Position numbers and translations under genes: made by a program. From Candidatus Heimdallarchaeota archaeon (GTDB taxonomy: Archaea; Asgardarchaeota; Heimdallarchaeia; Heimdallarchaeales; Heimdallarchaeaceae), in NCBI GenBank assembly GCA_016840095.1, contig JAEOSZ010000031.1, forward strand, positions 32,001-96,000: a stretch of 64,000 bases of DNA. Reading direction: 5' to 3'. The notes beneath the pieces were generated by a model. It ran no database searches. It saw only the letters and a program-made list of their open reading frames with translations, and was not told where the DNA came from. Every line of letters starts with the position of its first letter. The first letter of the stretch is position 1. This document shows, piece after piece, positions 19,854-28,744 of this stretch.

Positions 19854-22484
19854 TTACTCTTGTTTTTCGTCTTTATTCTTGTTATTTGTCAAAGATAATG
19901 AGAAATCTAAGGTTTTTTGACTAGATGTTTGAATATCTTTGAGTTCTACCTTGACTCCTATTCGTTTCACATCTCTTATTGCTTCTTCCAAATAATGTTC
20001 TCTGTCAATTTTTTGAACATCAACAATTGAAGGATGTTTAGCTCTTTTGTATAATGATGAACTTCCTTCTAAAATTATGAATGGAAATCGTTCATACTCT
20101 TTCCAAATCTCGTTTAAGTTTAGATCCATTCTCATAGAATAATCTTCAAGCGCCCCTATTGCAGGAGTTTTTGACTTGTAATCTTTTGGATTCCTTCTGA
20201 CTGGACCAAGAATAGTTGTTTTCTGAATAAGTTCTTCTCCAGAAATTTTTTTGAATTCAAGACAGAGCTCTATAACTTTCTTTCTAGCTTTTTCAAGATC
20301 TCCATCTTCAAGAACACAATGTAATGCAGCTGTTTGAACTTCTTTCGCAAAAGGTGAAGTGTCACTCCTAATTGCCTCAAAACCAACTATTGAAAGGTCA
20401 TTTGTGACAACACTGATGTAACTATACCGTTTCTTAGTTTCAGGAGCAAAAACAATTCTTAATGCTAAATCTACAAATTCTAGTTCCATTTCTTTTGGTA
20501 GTTTAGATTCATAAAACTCAAGTAATTCTTGGACTTCTGGAACTTCGGATAATGAGAACGTTTGTCCTTCCTTTATTTTTTCAAATAATTCAAACACAGA
20601 GTTTTTATCAGAAAGTTTGACGAAAATACTATCAGTATCTCCATATATCACCTGACATTTGTTCTCAGATATTTCTTGAGTCCATTTATCAATTTTCTTG
20701 ATATAATCCTTTGCTATACTTGTGATGGCATTTGAAATTTCAGTATTGTAAAAACGGCTTCCAACATAGTTGTGACTGCCATAAAGGGAATTAGCTGTTA
20801 CTTTTAATGCACTGGATTTTATTTTAAATTTATGAAGGTCTTTCTTGAGTTCACTTATCGTCTTTTGATCTGTATCTGTCCTTAAATAAGTTTCAAGGTC
20901 AGAAATCTTCTTTTTAACTTCCTTTCTCTCATCTAGAAGACCTTTCATCATGATTCTGAGGCCACTGTCAGGTTCATTAAGGAATTTTTTCTCAGGTAAT
21001 GCCATAGACCCATCATAACTTTCACCTCCAATGTTGAAAGCTACCATAATAGAAGGGAACATAGATCTAAAATCAGCTATTAAAACAGCTTCATGGAGAG
21101 TTCCTTTAGGAACCAGAACAAATCCACCAATCGCAAGAGATCGAGTGCTTTTTCTATAGGCTAACTCTTCTCTAGATGGCTCTGGTGGAACTAATGTATC
21201 TTTGTCTTTTAAAACTCTAAAGAGCTGAAATTCTCCAATGTGTCTTGGTGTCGAATAAATACCTTCTGATGGACGAATTCCTACAAATTTAATTACTTCA
21301 ACCCATTCTTCCATTCCCATTTCAAAGAATAAATTATAGATTATCTTAGCATCCAGAGAACAAGCTGTTGTGAGTTTTTTCTTGTGATTTTTCTCATTAT
21401 GTTTGTATGTTTTATTCCATAATTGATTGATTGACCCATAATCATCTTTTCTCTCAATTTTGAGAAGTTCTTTAGAGAACTCGGTTAGATTTTTCTTTCC
21501 AGATTTAGTTCTTAACCATCGAGTGCTTTTAACAAGATCATATGTTATGTAACCTGGAATTCTAAAACCAAGATATCCAATAGGAGGTTTTATTCTAGCA
21601 TCTTGAAATGGTCCTAGTTTTTCAGGATCTAGACCTAGATTTTCCATCCGAGCAAAAAGATAGGGGAGTGTAACCAGATTTCCGTTAAAGGTAACTAGAA
21701 TGTCAGGAGAGACAGAATGAATTTGAGCAATTAAATCTTTGATTAATGTTCTCTCACTATCATTATCTTCTTTCTCAAGAAAGAAGTTTCTTGTTTCCAA
21801 ATCACTTCCATCTTTGCTCCAGCATACTGATGCAGTAACAATTCTTTGTGTCTTATCTTCTAGAATGCTCGAGAAATTCTTAATTTTCTTACCTTCATCA
21901 GTAAGAGAGTTTATAACTAGATTTAAGCTGAGTATGGTAAATTGAAATGAATTTTTCTTTTCTATGTTTTTGATATCGTGAAAATCAACTTCAATTACTT
22001 TTCCAAACTCGTGAGATTCTTTTTCTTCATAGTTTGCTATTTCAATCCAATTTAAACATCTTAAATTATTATCTATCAGAAAACGAGAGACATAAGAAAT
22101 ATCATTTTCATAACTTTGTATGCCTTTTTCTTTCAGATTATTACTATATTTCTGAATACGCCAGGGATTTCTCCCAAGTATTTTGTAGAGAAAAATTGGT
22201 TTGTTCTGATAATATCTGTATTTAGTTACTTGATAATGATCTTTTATCCAATCTCCAAACTCTTTGTCTGTATAAAGAAGGCTTTGAATAGCGTTAGTAG
22301 TCTCCGCAAGGTCGTCAATATAGAAATAGGGATAAAATCCAGTTACATGAATAATTAGTGTTTGATTTTCAGAAGTCTTTCCTCTAATTCGAATTACTGG
22401 TTCCTCAACTTCATTCTTCTTTTCTCGTATGAAAAAATCTAAATCAATCAATACGCATTCTAATGGAGTGGGAGTGTCATTCAT
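19854..22484 (-). CDS. polB: Family B DNA polymerase with degenerate 3'-5' exonuclease motifs
   Basis: DFRSMFPS, K..ANSLYG, YGDTDS and KKRY intact; Exo I/II acidic residues missing; C-terminal PIP-like QKTLDF. Confidence 0.92.
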   Translation of the reverse strand: MNDTPTPLECVLIDLDFFIREKKNEVEEPVIRIRGKTSENQTLIIHVTGFYPYFYIDDLAETTNAIQSLLYTDKEFGDWIKDHYQVTKYRYYQNKPIFLYKILGRNPWRIQKYSNNLKEKGIQSYENDISYVSRFLIDNNLRCLNWIEIANYEEKESHEFGKVIEVDFHDIKNIEKKNSFQFTILSLNLVINSLTDEGKKIKNFSSILEDKTQRIVTASVCWSKDGSDLETRNFFLEKEDNDSERTLIKDLIAQIHSVSPDILVTFNGNLVTLPYLFARMENLGLDPEKLGPFQDARIKPPIGYLGFRIPGYITYDLVKSTRWLRTKSGKKNLTEFSKELLKIERKDDYGSINQLWNKTYKHNEKNHKKKLTTACSLDAKIIYNLFFEMGMEEWVEVIKFVGIRPSEGIYSTPRHIGEFQLFRVLKDKDTLVPPEPSREELAYRKSTRSLAIGGFVLVPKGTLHEAVLIADFRSMFPSIMVAFNIGGESYDGSMALPEKKFLNEPDSGLRIMMKGLLDERKEVKKKISDLETYLRTDTDQKTISELKKDLHKFKIKSSALKVTANSLYGSHNYVGSRFYNTEISNAITSIAKDYIKKIDKWTQEISENKCQVIYGDTDSIFVKLSDKNSVFELFEKIKEGQTFSLSEVPEVQELLEFYESKLPKEMELEFVDLALRIVFAPETKKRYSYISVVTNDLSIVGFEAIRSDTSPFAKEVQTAALHCVLEDGDLEKARKKVIELCLEFKKISGEELIQKTTILGPVRRNPKDYKSKTPAIGALEDYSMRMDLNLNEIWKEYERFPFIILEGSSSLYKRAKHPSIVDVQKIDREHYLEEAIRDVKRIGVKVELKDIQTSSQKTLDFSLSLTNNKNKDEKQE

Positions 22485-22666
22485 CTCTCAAACACTTTCA
22501 CGAACTGTATATAGTACCTCTTTCCACCCGTATTATTTAAACCCTTTTTAAATACTGGGGGGAATTTTAGTGACTATTTAGAAAAACAACAAGATTTCAG
22601 TATTTAAACAGCCTTTCTATACGTTAAATTTTTAATCTATAAGATACAGTTTTATTATGTTGTTAT

Positions 22667-23044
22667 ATGTCTTCTAGAAGAATACCTCCAGATGTATATA
22701 AAAATAAGAAGAAATTAGAGCTATCAGCTGAAACTAAAAGTGGAACAATTGAAGAAACAATTACACTTACAAAACCATCAGATGATGATGATCCTAGACC
22801 ACATTATTGGTTTGTTCTGATGCTGTCTTTCGGGCAAAGATCAGGTTATGTGTATGATAGAAGCGGATTACATATCCCTGAACCAGATGCCTATGTATAT
22901 AGTGTTGAACTTTGGAAATTCAAGGGATCATTACTAAAGGGTGTGGAAACTGTTTCAAATAAAGTTGATTTTGATACTGCAGTTAAGACCTTTCAGAGTC
23001 TACAAGACGATTTAGTAAAACAAACATTCAAAATAATTAATTGA
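22667..23044 (+). CDS. Hypothetical protein; C-terminal half weakly WGR-domain-like
   Basis: ORF divergent from polB; YSVELWKFKG...DFDTAVKTFQSL..DLVKQTF. Confidence 0.55.
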   Translation: MSSRRIPPDVYKNKKKLELSAETKSGTIEETITLTKPSDDDDPRPHYWFVLMLSFGQRSGYVYDRSGLHIPEPDAYVYSVELWKFKGSLLKGVETVSNKVDFDTAVKTFQSLQDDLVKQTFKIIN

Positions 23045-23049
23045 GCTAT

Positions 23050-23613
23050 TTAAATAAAACTCGCAAGAATTGTAGCTGCTGCGGGAATTAAAAAACTTAA
23101 TGTAATAAAGAGTATTTTTTTAGGCTGGTAGAACGGTTTCTTAAGATCAGCAAGTCTTGCTTCATCTTTCTTCATTGTAAAGATATTGAAGTAGAGTAAT
23201 GCAGCAAACATAACCAAAACAACTACAGTTACTATCAAAATCTTCCAAAAAGCTAATGATTTTTCAAAATAGACAATGGCAAAACCATAGACTGGAAGAA
23301 AACCTATATAAAAATACATAATTTGTAAAGCAAATTGTGCTGAAATAGTTTTTGTAGGTTCAAGTTTGACCATGAACATTGATATTTTGGCCGATAGAGA
23401 AACAGCTGCTATCACGAATACAGTTGATAATACAAGTAGTATTATTCCTAGAGCTCCCAGTCCTACATGTAAGATATGTTTTGCGAAACTATTTAGTATC
23501 AATGCTTGACTTCCCCCAAGAAAGCCAGCAAAAAAAATCGCACCTAATGGATTTAGAGTTTTTGGTTTCTTTACAACAGGTTTGGATAGTAGATCCTTTT
23601 CAGATAATGCCAC
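23050..23613 (-). CDS. Hypothetical integral membrane protein (~5 TM)
   Basis: Multiple hydrophobic segments; directly downstream of NUDIX gene. Confidence 0.7.
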   Translation of the reverse strand: MALSEKDLLSKPVVKKPKTLNPLGAIFFAGFLGGSQALILNSFAKHILHVGLGALGIILLVLSTVFVIAAVSLSAKISMFMVKLEPTKTISAQFALQIMYFYIGFLPVYGFAIVYFEKSLAFWKILIVTVVVLVMFAALLYFNIFTMKKDEARLADLKKPFYQPKKILFITLSFLIPAAATILASFI

Positions 23614-24063
23614 TTAGTTCCCCTCTAGAGGTTCTTTTGCGAGTTCATTCTCACGTAAATACCTTTCTGCTGCTCTTATAACTTTTCTTGTGTTTTCAAA
23701 AGTTAATGTCTTTAATGCATCTTCATATGTACACCATAAGTAACCTACATGTTCTTTGGAGATGTGTACTTCAGTTACTGCCGATATTCCTATCAGATAA
23801 ACAACAGTCTTCTTAATTTTCTGGGAACCTCTTTTGAAGTAATATGTAATCTTATGTTGAAATTCTTCTAAAATAGAAATGTCTTTGATTCCTGTTTCCT
23901 CGTATGCTTCTCTTAATGCGGCTTGCATTATTGTTTCATTATTTTCAATTCTACCCTTTGTCAGTCCATACCTGTTTTCAGTGATTCTGCTTCGTCCATA
24001 GTTAAGCAGCAAATATCGGCCAGAATTATATATCACAATACCTGCAGAAGTTTCAAGTTGCAT
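23614..24063 (-). CDS. NUDIX hydrolase, Ap4A hydrolase-like
   Basis: KGRIENNETIMQAALREAYEETG Nudix box; SAG, KTVVY, SKEH motifs. Confidence 0.9.
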   Translation of the reverse strand: MQLETSAGIVIYNSGRYLLLNYGRSRITENRYGLTKGRIENNETIMQAALREAYEETGIKDISILEEFQHKITYYFKRGSQKIKKTVVYLIGISAVTEVHISKEHVGYLWCTYEDALKTLTFENTRKVIRAAERYLRENELAKEPLEGN

Positions 24064-24168
24064 ACAATCATCGACGTTTTTATTAAAGATTTACAATATT
24101 ATTATTAAGCTTATTGTATTCGTCCAACAAGGGATAATTTTATCAAGAATCAATTAGATAAGGAATCA

Positions 24169-25014
24169 ATGATACATCTCGTGGCCTTCATGGATATAGA
24201 GACAGGTTTAGGAAGAACTATCTATCAGGATAACACACTCAAAGTAAGCGAAATACTCATCTGGCCTATGATAAGCGCTCTGAATAACTTTGTTATTGAG
24301 TGTACAGCTAGTGAAAGAGGATTAGTAAATGCTGCTCTTGAAGACATCAAAATCTATTTGTACTCACCTTTAGGAGAATCTAATCCACTTAGAGTTGTCT
24401 TTTTCACTGATCTTTTTGATAATAACGAGTATTTAGAGAAAAAAGGACAAGCAATCTTTAGTGTTCTCTCACAGCATATCAGTTTTGAGACTTTTGAACC
24501 ACCTATCGATATGCTTGGTAAAGCAGTTGAAATAGCGAAGTATACTCAGATTTTTCCATCAGATTCTCTTGATTCCAATTTTCTTGACATCTTGAGAAAG
24601 AAATTGATTAACTTAGAAAGATCAGGTAGTATTTACGTTGCAGATTTATTTATTGGAGATATAGATCAAGGGAAGGTCTTCACTTTTCTAGAAAGTGCTG
24701 AACTACAGGAAAAAGACAGTGTGTTGCTATTCTCTGAATTACTAACTGCTTTTTCTATTGATAGCGAAATATTTGTCAAATCCTCATTATCTGAAAAAGA
24801 AATGGCTAGTTTGAAAAAACTTGAAATTCAAACTGAGAATCTGATTGAAGGATGGTTTTTAAAGCAATTATCTGACGTTGAAAGCGATTTTTGGTTAGTA
24901 GGGTATTTCTATTTTACTAAGCAAAAGGAAGAAGAAATTGTTCAGTATCTTAATTGGGCAGCAGAAGGAATTAAGGCACGCTTAGGTGATTTCAATCAGG
25001 GAAGACCTTTTTGA
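24169..25014 (+). CDS. Putative longin-like domain protein (possibly tandem)
   Basis: MIHLVAFMDIETG ... LIWPMISALNNFVIE ... beta strands ... helix pattern typical of Asgard longin-like domains. Confidence 0.5.
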   Translation: MIHLVAFMDIETGLGRTIYQDNTLKVSEILIWPMISALNNFVIECTASERGLVNAALEDIKIYLYSPLGESNPLRVVFFTDLFDNNEYLEKKGQAIFSVLSQHISFETFEPPIDMLGKAVEIAKYTQIFPSDSLDSNFLDILRKKLINLERSGSIYVADLFIGDIDQGKVFTFLESAELQEKDSVLLFSELLTAFSIDSEIFVKSSLSEKEMASLKKLEIQTENLIEGWFLKQLSDVESDFWLVGYFYFTKQKEEEIVQYLNWAAEGIKARLGDFNQGRPF

Positions 25015-25023
25015 TTGTTTCAA

Positions 25024-26532
25024 TCACTCTGCTTCTTCATTTACATCTTCTTCCTCTTCTTTCTGAACAGGAAACTTCCAAGCCATAAGAAGATTAAATG
25101 GAAAGAGGATCATACTGATTACAAAAACGGTTAAGAAATTAACTCGAGAGATGATAAGTCCAGCAAGGAAGGAAGTTGGAAACCAACCTACTTGATGCAA
25201 TCCTTGAACCATACCATAAGTTTCAGCTCTTCTTTTCTTATCAAAGTTTGTTAGTATAGACATTATTCCAGGCATCCAGAAAGCAACACTTGCACCTAAC
25301 CCTATCCAACCTATCATGATGATGTATAATCTGAATTGTGGAAGTGTAAAATAAGCAATTATATTTGCAGTAAAAAATAAACCTCCTGTAAGTTGGCTTA
25401 GTAGAAGAAGTTCACTTTTCTTCAATTTATCAGATATTTTAGTTACTGGAATGAAGAATAATAATGTACTTACATTGAAAATTAGTTGAAGTATCGCAAT
25501 GTTACCCTCATTGAAGTTATATTGAGTTACTAAACTTCCCCAAAAGATGCTTAAGCTTAACCCCCATGTTAATGCATCAAGTATAAAGAATACTATAGCA
25601 TAGGGAACTCCAGGATTCCGGAATATCTCTTTGAATAAATTGAGATTTGTTTCAATTTCATTATAATAGTTGTTTTTTTCAGATTGTTGTCTTCTTCTTA
25701 TGAAGTAATAGGGAATTGAAAGATAAAGAAGAATTGACTTAAACATCTGTAGGAACATCTGATATATAGCTTTGAGCGATTGAGTAAATTGTTTAAGGAA
25801 ACTAGAAGAAAAATCCTTGACTACATGTGATTCTTTCAATGCGAATAACTGATATAAAAACATGAAAATTCTAAGAGCAGCTAGGATGTAGAAATATACC
25901 CATAACTCTATTTTATCTGTTAATACTCGAATGACTAATGGACCTATTAAACCTGTAGCATAAAATGCTAAGCTAATTATACTAAAAGATGAAGCTGTTT
26001 TCTTTTTTTCTGCGCTTTCAGCTACTAATGCACTATTTGCAGGATCACCAAAACCAAAGGCAAGAGACGTACATGACAAACCAAGGAAAGCAACAGCTAA
26101 AGCATAGGTGATTGGAAAACTACTCGCTACGCCTTCAGATAGTGATACTAACTCTAAAGGAAATTTAGCTCCAAAAGAATAATACTGAAGAGGAAAAACA
26201 ACAGAAAGGAGTCCAGATGTTCCCAATAACACCATTGATATTGGTAGGAATATGAAACTACCTAGCATAACTCGTTTTCTACCTATTCTATCACTTATTT
26301 TTGAAGCAAAAATCATTGGTATGATTTGAACAACAGAAGCAACTGTCATGATCATTCCTAAAGTTTCTTCTGGCTTGACATGTTTTCCAGTTAATTCTAT
26401 TAATTCAACTAAGAATGGTTGGATGATTACATTATAAAACCCATAAATCAAGCCAGAAAAGAGGTTAGCTATTGCTAGAACACGTATGTTTACCTTTCTT
26501 GAAGGATGAAGCTTAACCTCATGAAATGCCAT
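25024..26532 (-). CDS. MFS transporter
   Basis: KISDRIGRKR motif A, second-half KISDKLKK, 12 or more TM segments. Confidence 0.88.
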   Translation of the reverse strand: MAFHEVKLHPSRKVNIRVLAIANLFSGLIYGFYNVIIQPFLVELIELTGKHVKPEETLGMIMTVASVVQIIPMIFASKISDRIGRKRVMLGSFIFLPISMVLLGTSGLLSVVFPLQYYSFGAKFPLELVSLSEGVASSFPITYALAVAFLGLSCTSLAFGFGDPANSALVAESAEKKKTASSFSIISLAFYATGLIGPLVIRVLTDKIELWVYFYILAALRIFMFLYQLFALKESHVVKDFSSSFLKQFTQSLKAIYQMFLQMFKSILLYLSIPYYFIRRRQQSEKNNYYNEIETNLNLFKEIFRNPGVPYAIVFFILDALTWGLSLSIFWGSLVTQYNFNEGNIAILQLIFNVSTLLFFIPVTKISDKLKKSELLLLSQLTGGLFFTANIIAYFTLPQFRLYIIMIGWIGLGASVAFWMPGIMSILTNFDKKRRAETYGMVQGLHQVGWFPTSFLAGLIISRVNFLTVFVISMILFPFNLLMAWKFPVQKEEEEDVNEEAE

Positions 26533-26629
26533 ATTTCTTGAGTAGATGAAGCAATTAAAAATTAATTGGTGTAATCCAGTTTTTTGTCCAAAGGATATAT
26601 TTTATATACACTTTAAGTGTGAGAAGCTT

Positions 26630-28012
26630 ATGACAGAATATTTGGATACACCAATATCTTGGGGTTCAGAGATATTGAATCACTTTGTACCAATTGAGTA
26701 CAAAGATCAAACAAAATTCTTACATCCTCCTGAATTTTCCAAGCAACCAATGTTCGAGGGAACAGTCAAGGAAGCTTTAATGAGAAAGCTAGATGACCCA
26801 ATTGGTTATAATCTCACTTTTGATGAATTAGTCAAAGAAAAATACGAAAGCGGAAAACCAATCGTATTCGTTATTGATGATTACACTAGGCCTAATATTC
26901 ATACAAAGATTATCCTGCCAATGATGATTGAAAAGATTTTATCATTAGACGTTGCAGAAGATGATTTTAGAATTCTAATCGCAACTGGAACACATAGACA
27001 ACCTAAGGAAGAAGAATATCCAAAAATGGTTGGAGATCAAGTCTATGAAAAATACAGATCACAGATTGTATCACATGATTGTGATGTAGAAGGTGTTTAC
27101 GTTGGTGAAAGTGATGCAGGAACTCCTATGGAATTTGATAAATTGGCTTTTGAAGCATCAATTCTAGTTCCTATTACTGATAGTGAACTTCATTACTTCG
27201 CTGGTGTTGCTGGAACAATCAAAGAGATGTGTCCAGGAATTGCTAGTAGAAAAACAGTTCGACAAAATCATCCAAAAATGTTTAACAGAGAATTAGGATT
27301 TGATCCTGGCTGTAAATTGGGTGGAACAAAAGAAAACCCAGTAATTACAGATATTAAAAATATGGTAAATATACTAAAAACTAAAGTTTCAATTTTTGGA
27401 ATAGATACAATTGTTACTGAAGGAGAAATAGTCCATATTAGCACTGGTGATTTAGTAGAATTACATGATGAAGCAAAGAGACATATTGTTGAAATGAGAA
27501 CAGTAAGGCTTCCTAAGGCTGCAGGAATTGTAGTTAGTGGAATGCAAAGCTGGGGTATCAATCTATACCAAGCTGGTAAAGGCATTCACGCTGCTTGGAA
27601 TGCAACTAAACAAGACGGGAAAGGTATAATTATTGCAGTTGCACCACTTCCAGATGGTGTTGGCAATGCTAATTATGAACAAGTTATGAAAGAAACTGGT
27701 GACATGCCTCTTCAAGAAGGACTTGAATACATCCTTGATAATTACTGTACTACTGAGACTTTCAAAATTGGAAATCAGAAGCCTGTAGATACAATGAGAA
27801 TTGTTAAAACTATTGGTAAAGGAAATCTGAAGATGATTTCTGACTGGGATGCTGAACAATTAACAAAATATTACAGAGTTACACCAATAAAACAACCTGA
27901 TGAATCTCCTGTAGACGCACTTCGAAAAGAAATCAAATCATATATGGCAGATAATCCAGATGAACTAATTTACATAATGGATGATCCTGGCTTATACGTA
28001 ATAATTGAATAG
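26630..28012 (+). CDS. larA: LarA-family nickel-pincer racemase/epimerase
   Basis: DDYTRP, ATGTHR, HYFAG.AG..K...PG, INLYQAGKG; start taken at MTEYL. Confidence 0.85.
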   Translation: MTEYLDTPISWGSEILNHFVPIEYKDQTKFLHPPEFSKQPMFEGTVKEALMRKLDDPIGYNLTFDELVKEKYESGKPIVFVIDDYTRPNIHTKIILPMMIEKILSLDVAEDDFRILIATGTHRQPKEEEYPKMVGDQVYEKYRSQIVSHDCDVEGVYVGESDAGTPMEFDKLAFEASILVPITDSELHYFAGVAGTIKEMCPGIASRKTVRQNHPKMFNRELGFDPGCKLGGTKENPVITDIKNMVNILKTKVSIFGIDTIVTEGEIVHISTGDLVELHDEAKRHIVEMRTVRLPKAAGIVVSGMQSWGINLYQAGKGIHAAWNATKQDGKGIIIAVAPLPDGVGNANYEQVMKETGDMPLQEGLEYILDNYCTTETFKIGNQKPVDTMRIVKTIGKGNLKMISDWDAEQLTKYYRVTPIKQPDESPVDALRKEIKSYMADNPDELIYIMDDPGLYVIIE

Positions 28013-28017
28013 ATTTC

Positions 28018-28275
28018 TTACAATTCAAGGGCTTCTTCAGGCCACATTTTTTCTTCTACTTCATTATTACATTTCATACACAGATTCTTCTTTTGAATAA
28101 TCCCATCTTTATCTGTTGTAAAATTTTGAATTAAACCACGATCACAGAGAATGTCTGATTTACAATCAGAACAATAAAAATATCTTCCTTTTTGTTTGGG
28201 TGACCACAAATATTTGCTGCAGGAGGCACATCTATCTCTGAAGTCACACTTTAAGTGCTGAGCAATGATTGTCAT
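28018..28275 (-). CDS. Small Cys-rich zinc-finger protein
   Basis: Three CxxC pairs plus additional Cys and His; coupled to upstream gene. Confidence 0.7.
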   Translation of the reverse strand: MTIIAQHLKCDFRDRCASCSKYLWSPKQKGRYFYCSDCKSDILCDRGLIQNFTTDKDGIIQKKNLCMKCNNEVEEKMWPEEALEL

Positions 28276-28502
28276 TACTTTTCCTCCTTCTTTAGATACC
28301 AGTCATGGTATGCTCTTTTTCGATCTCGTTCCTTCTTTTCAGTTTCTTCAGTGGATTCTCCAATGACTTTTTTCTGCTCCGCTCGAACTTCAGTTTTAAC
28401 TCTATCGAGCTCTCCTCTCCTGAACGAAAGACCACAATCTAAACAAACCATAAAAGGAGCCTTATATTTCACTTCACCGCCACAATCTGGGCATCTTGCC
28501 AT
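28275..28502 (-). CDS. Small zinc-ribbon protein
   Basis: CPDCGG...CLDCG followed by charged helix; GGTG upstream of start. Confidence 0.8.
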   Translation of the reverse strand: MARCPDCGGEVKYKAPFMVCLDCGLSFRRGELDRVKTEVRAEQKKVIGESTEETEKKERDRKRAYHDWYLKKEEK

Positions 28503-28603
28503 AAATACACCTTCTGTTAATGATTAATAAGTGATTGTATTTTAAAAGTTAGTCTATTGTGTCAAATAAGTGATTTTAGGTTAAAGAGAAGTCAAGAAGT
28601 TCT

Positions 28604-28677
28604 TGGTGCACGCACCGGGATTCGAACCCGGGTTGGAGGCGTGGGAGGCCTCAGTCCTACCACTAGACTATGCGTGC
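28604..28677 (-). tRNA. tRNA-Gly(CCC), intron-less, genomically encoded 3' CCA
   Basis: GCACGCATAGTCTAGTGGTAGGACTGAGGCCTCCCACGCCTCCAACCCGGGTTCGAATCCCGGTGCGTGCACCA: acceptor stem GCACGCA/TGCGTGC, anticodon arm GAGGC-CTCCCAC-GCCTC, TTCGAAT T-loop. Confidence 0.97.
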
Positions 28678-28744
28678 TGAGTTATACGAAGGTTAATTTT
28701 CCAATTTTTATCTCTTTCTTTACATTCTAATCATGTCTTTGAAA

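Noticed and set aside
22501-22520. LexA/SOS-box-like sequence CTGTATATAGTAC upstream of polB
   Set aside because: The right half-site CAG is missing; it is better explained as the TATA box of the minus-strand promoter
22521-22565. Possible ORB/replication-origin element (G-string TGGGGGGAA)
   Set aside because: No match to the ORB core, no repeats of it, and no cdc6/orc1 gene nearby
28018-28677. tRNA-Gly as integration site of a mobile element
   Set aside because: No integrase, no duplicated tRNA 3' end seen and no obvious compositional shift
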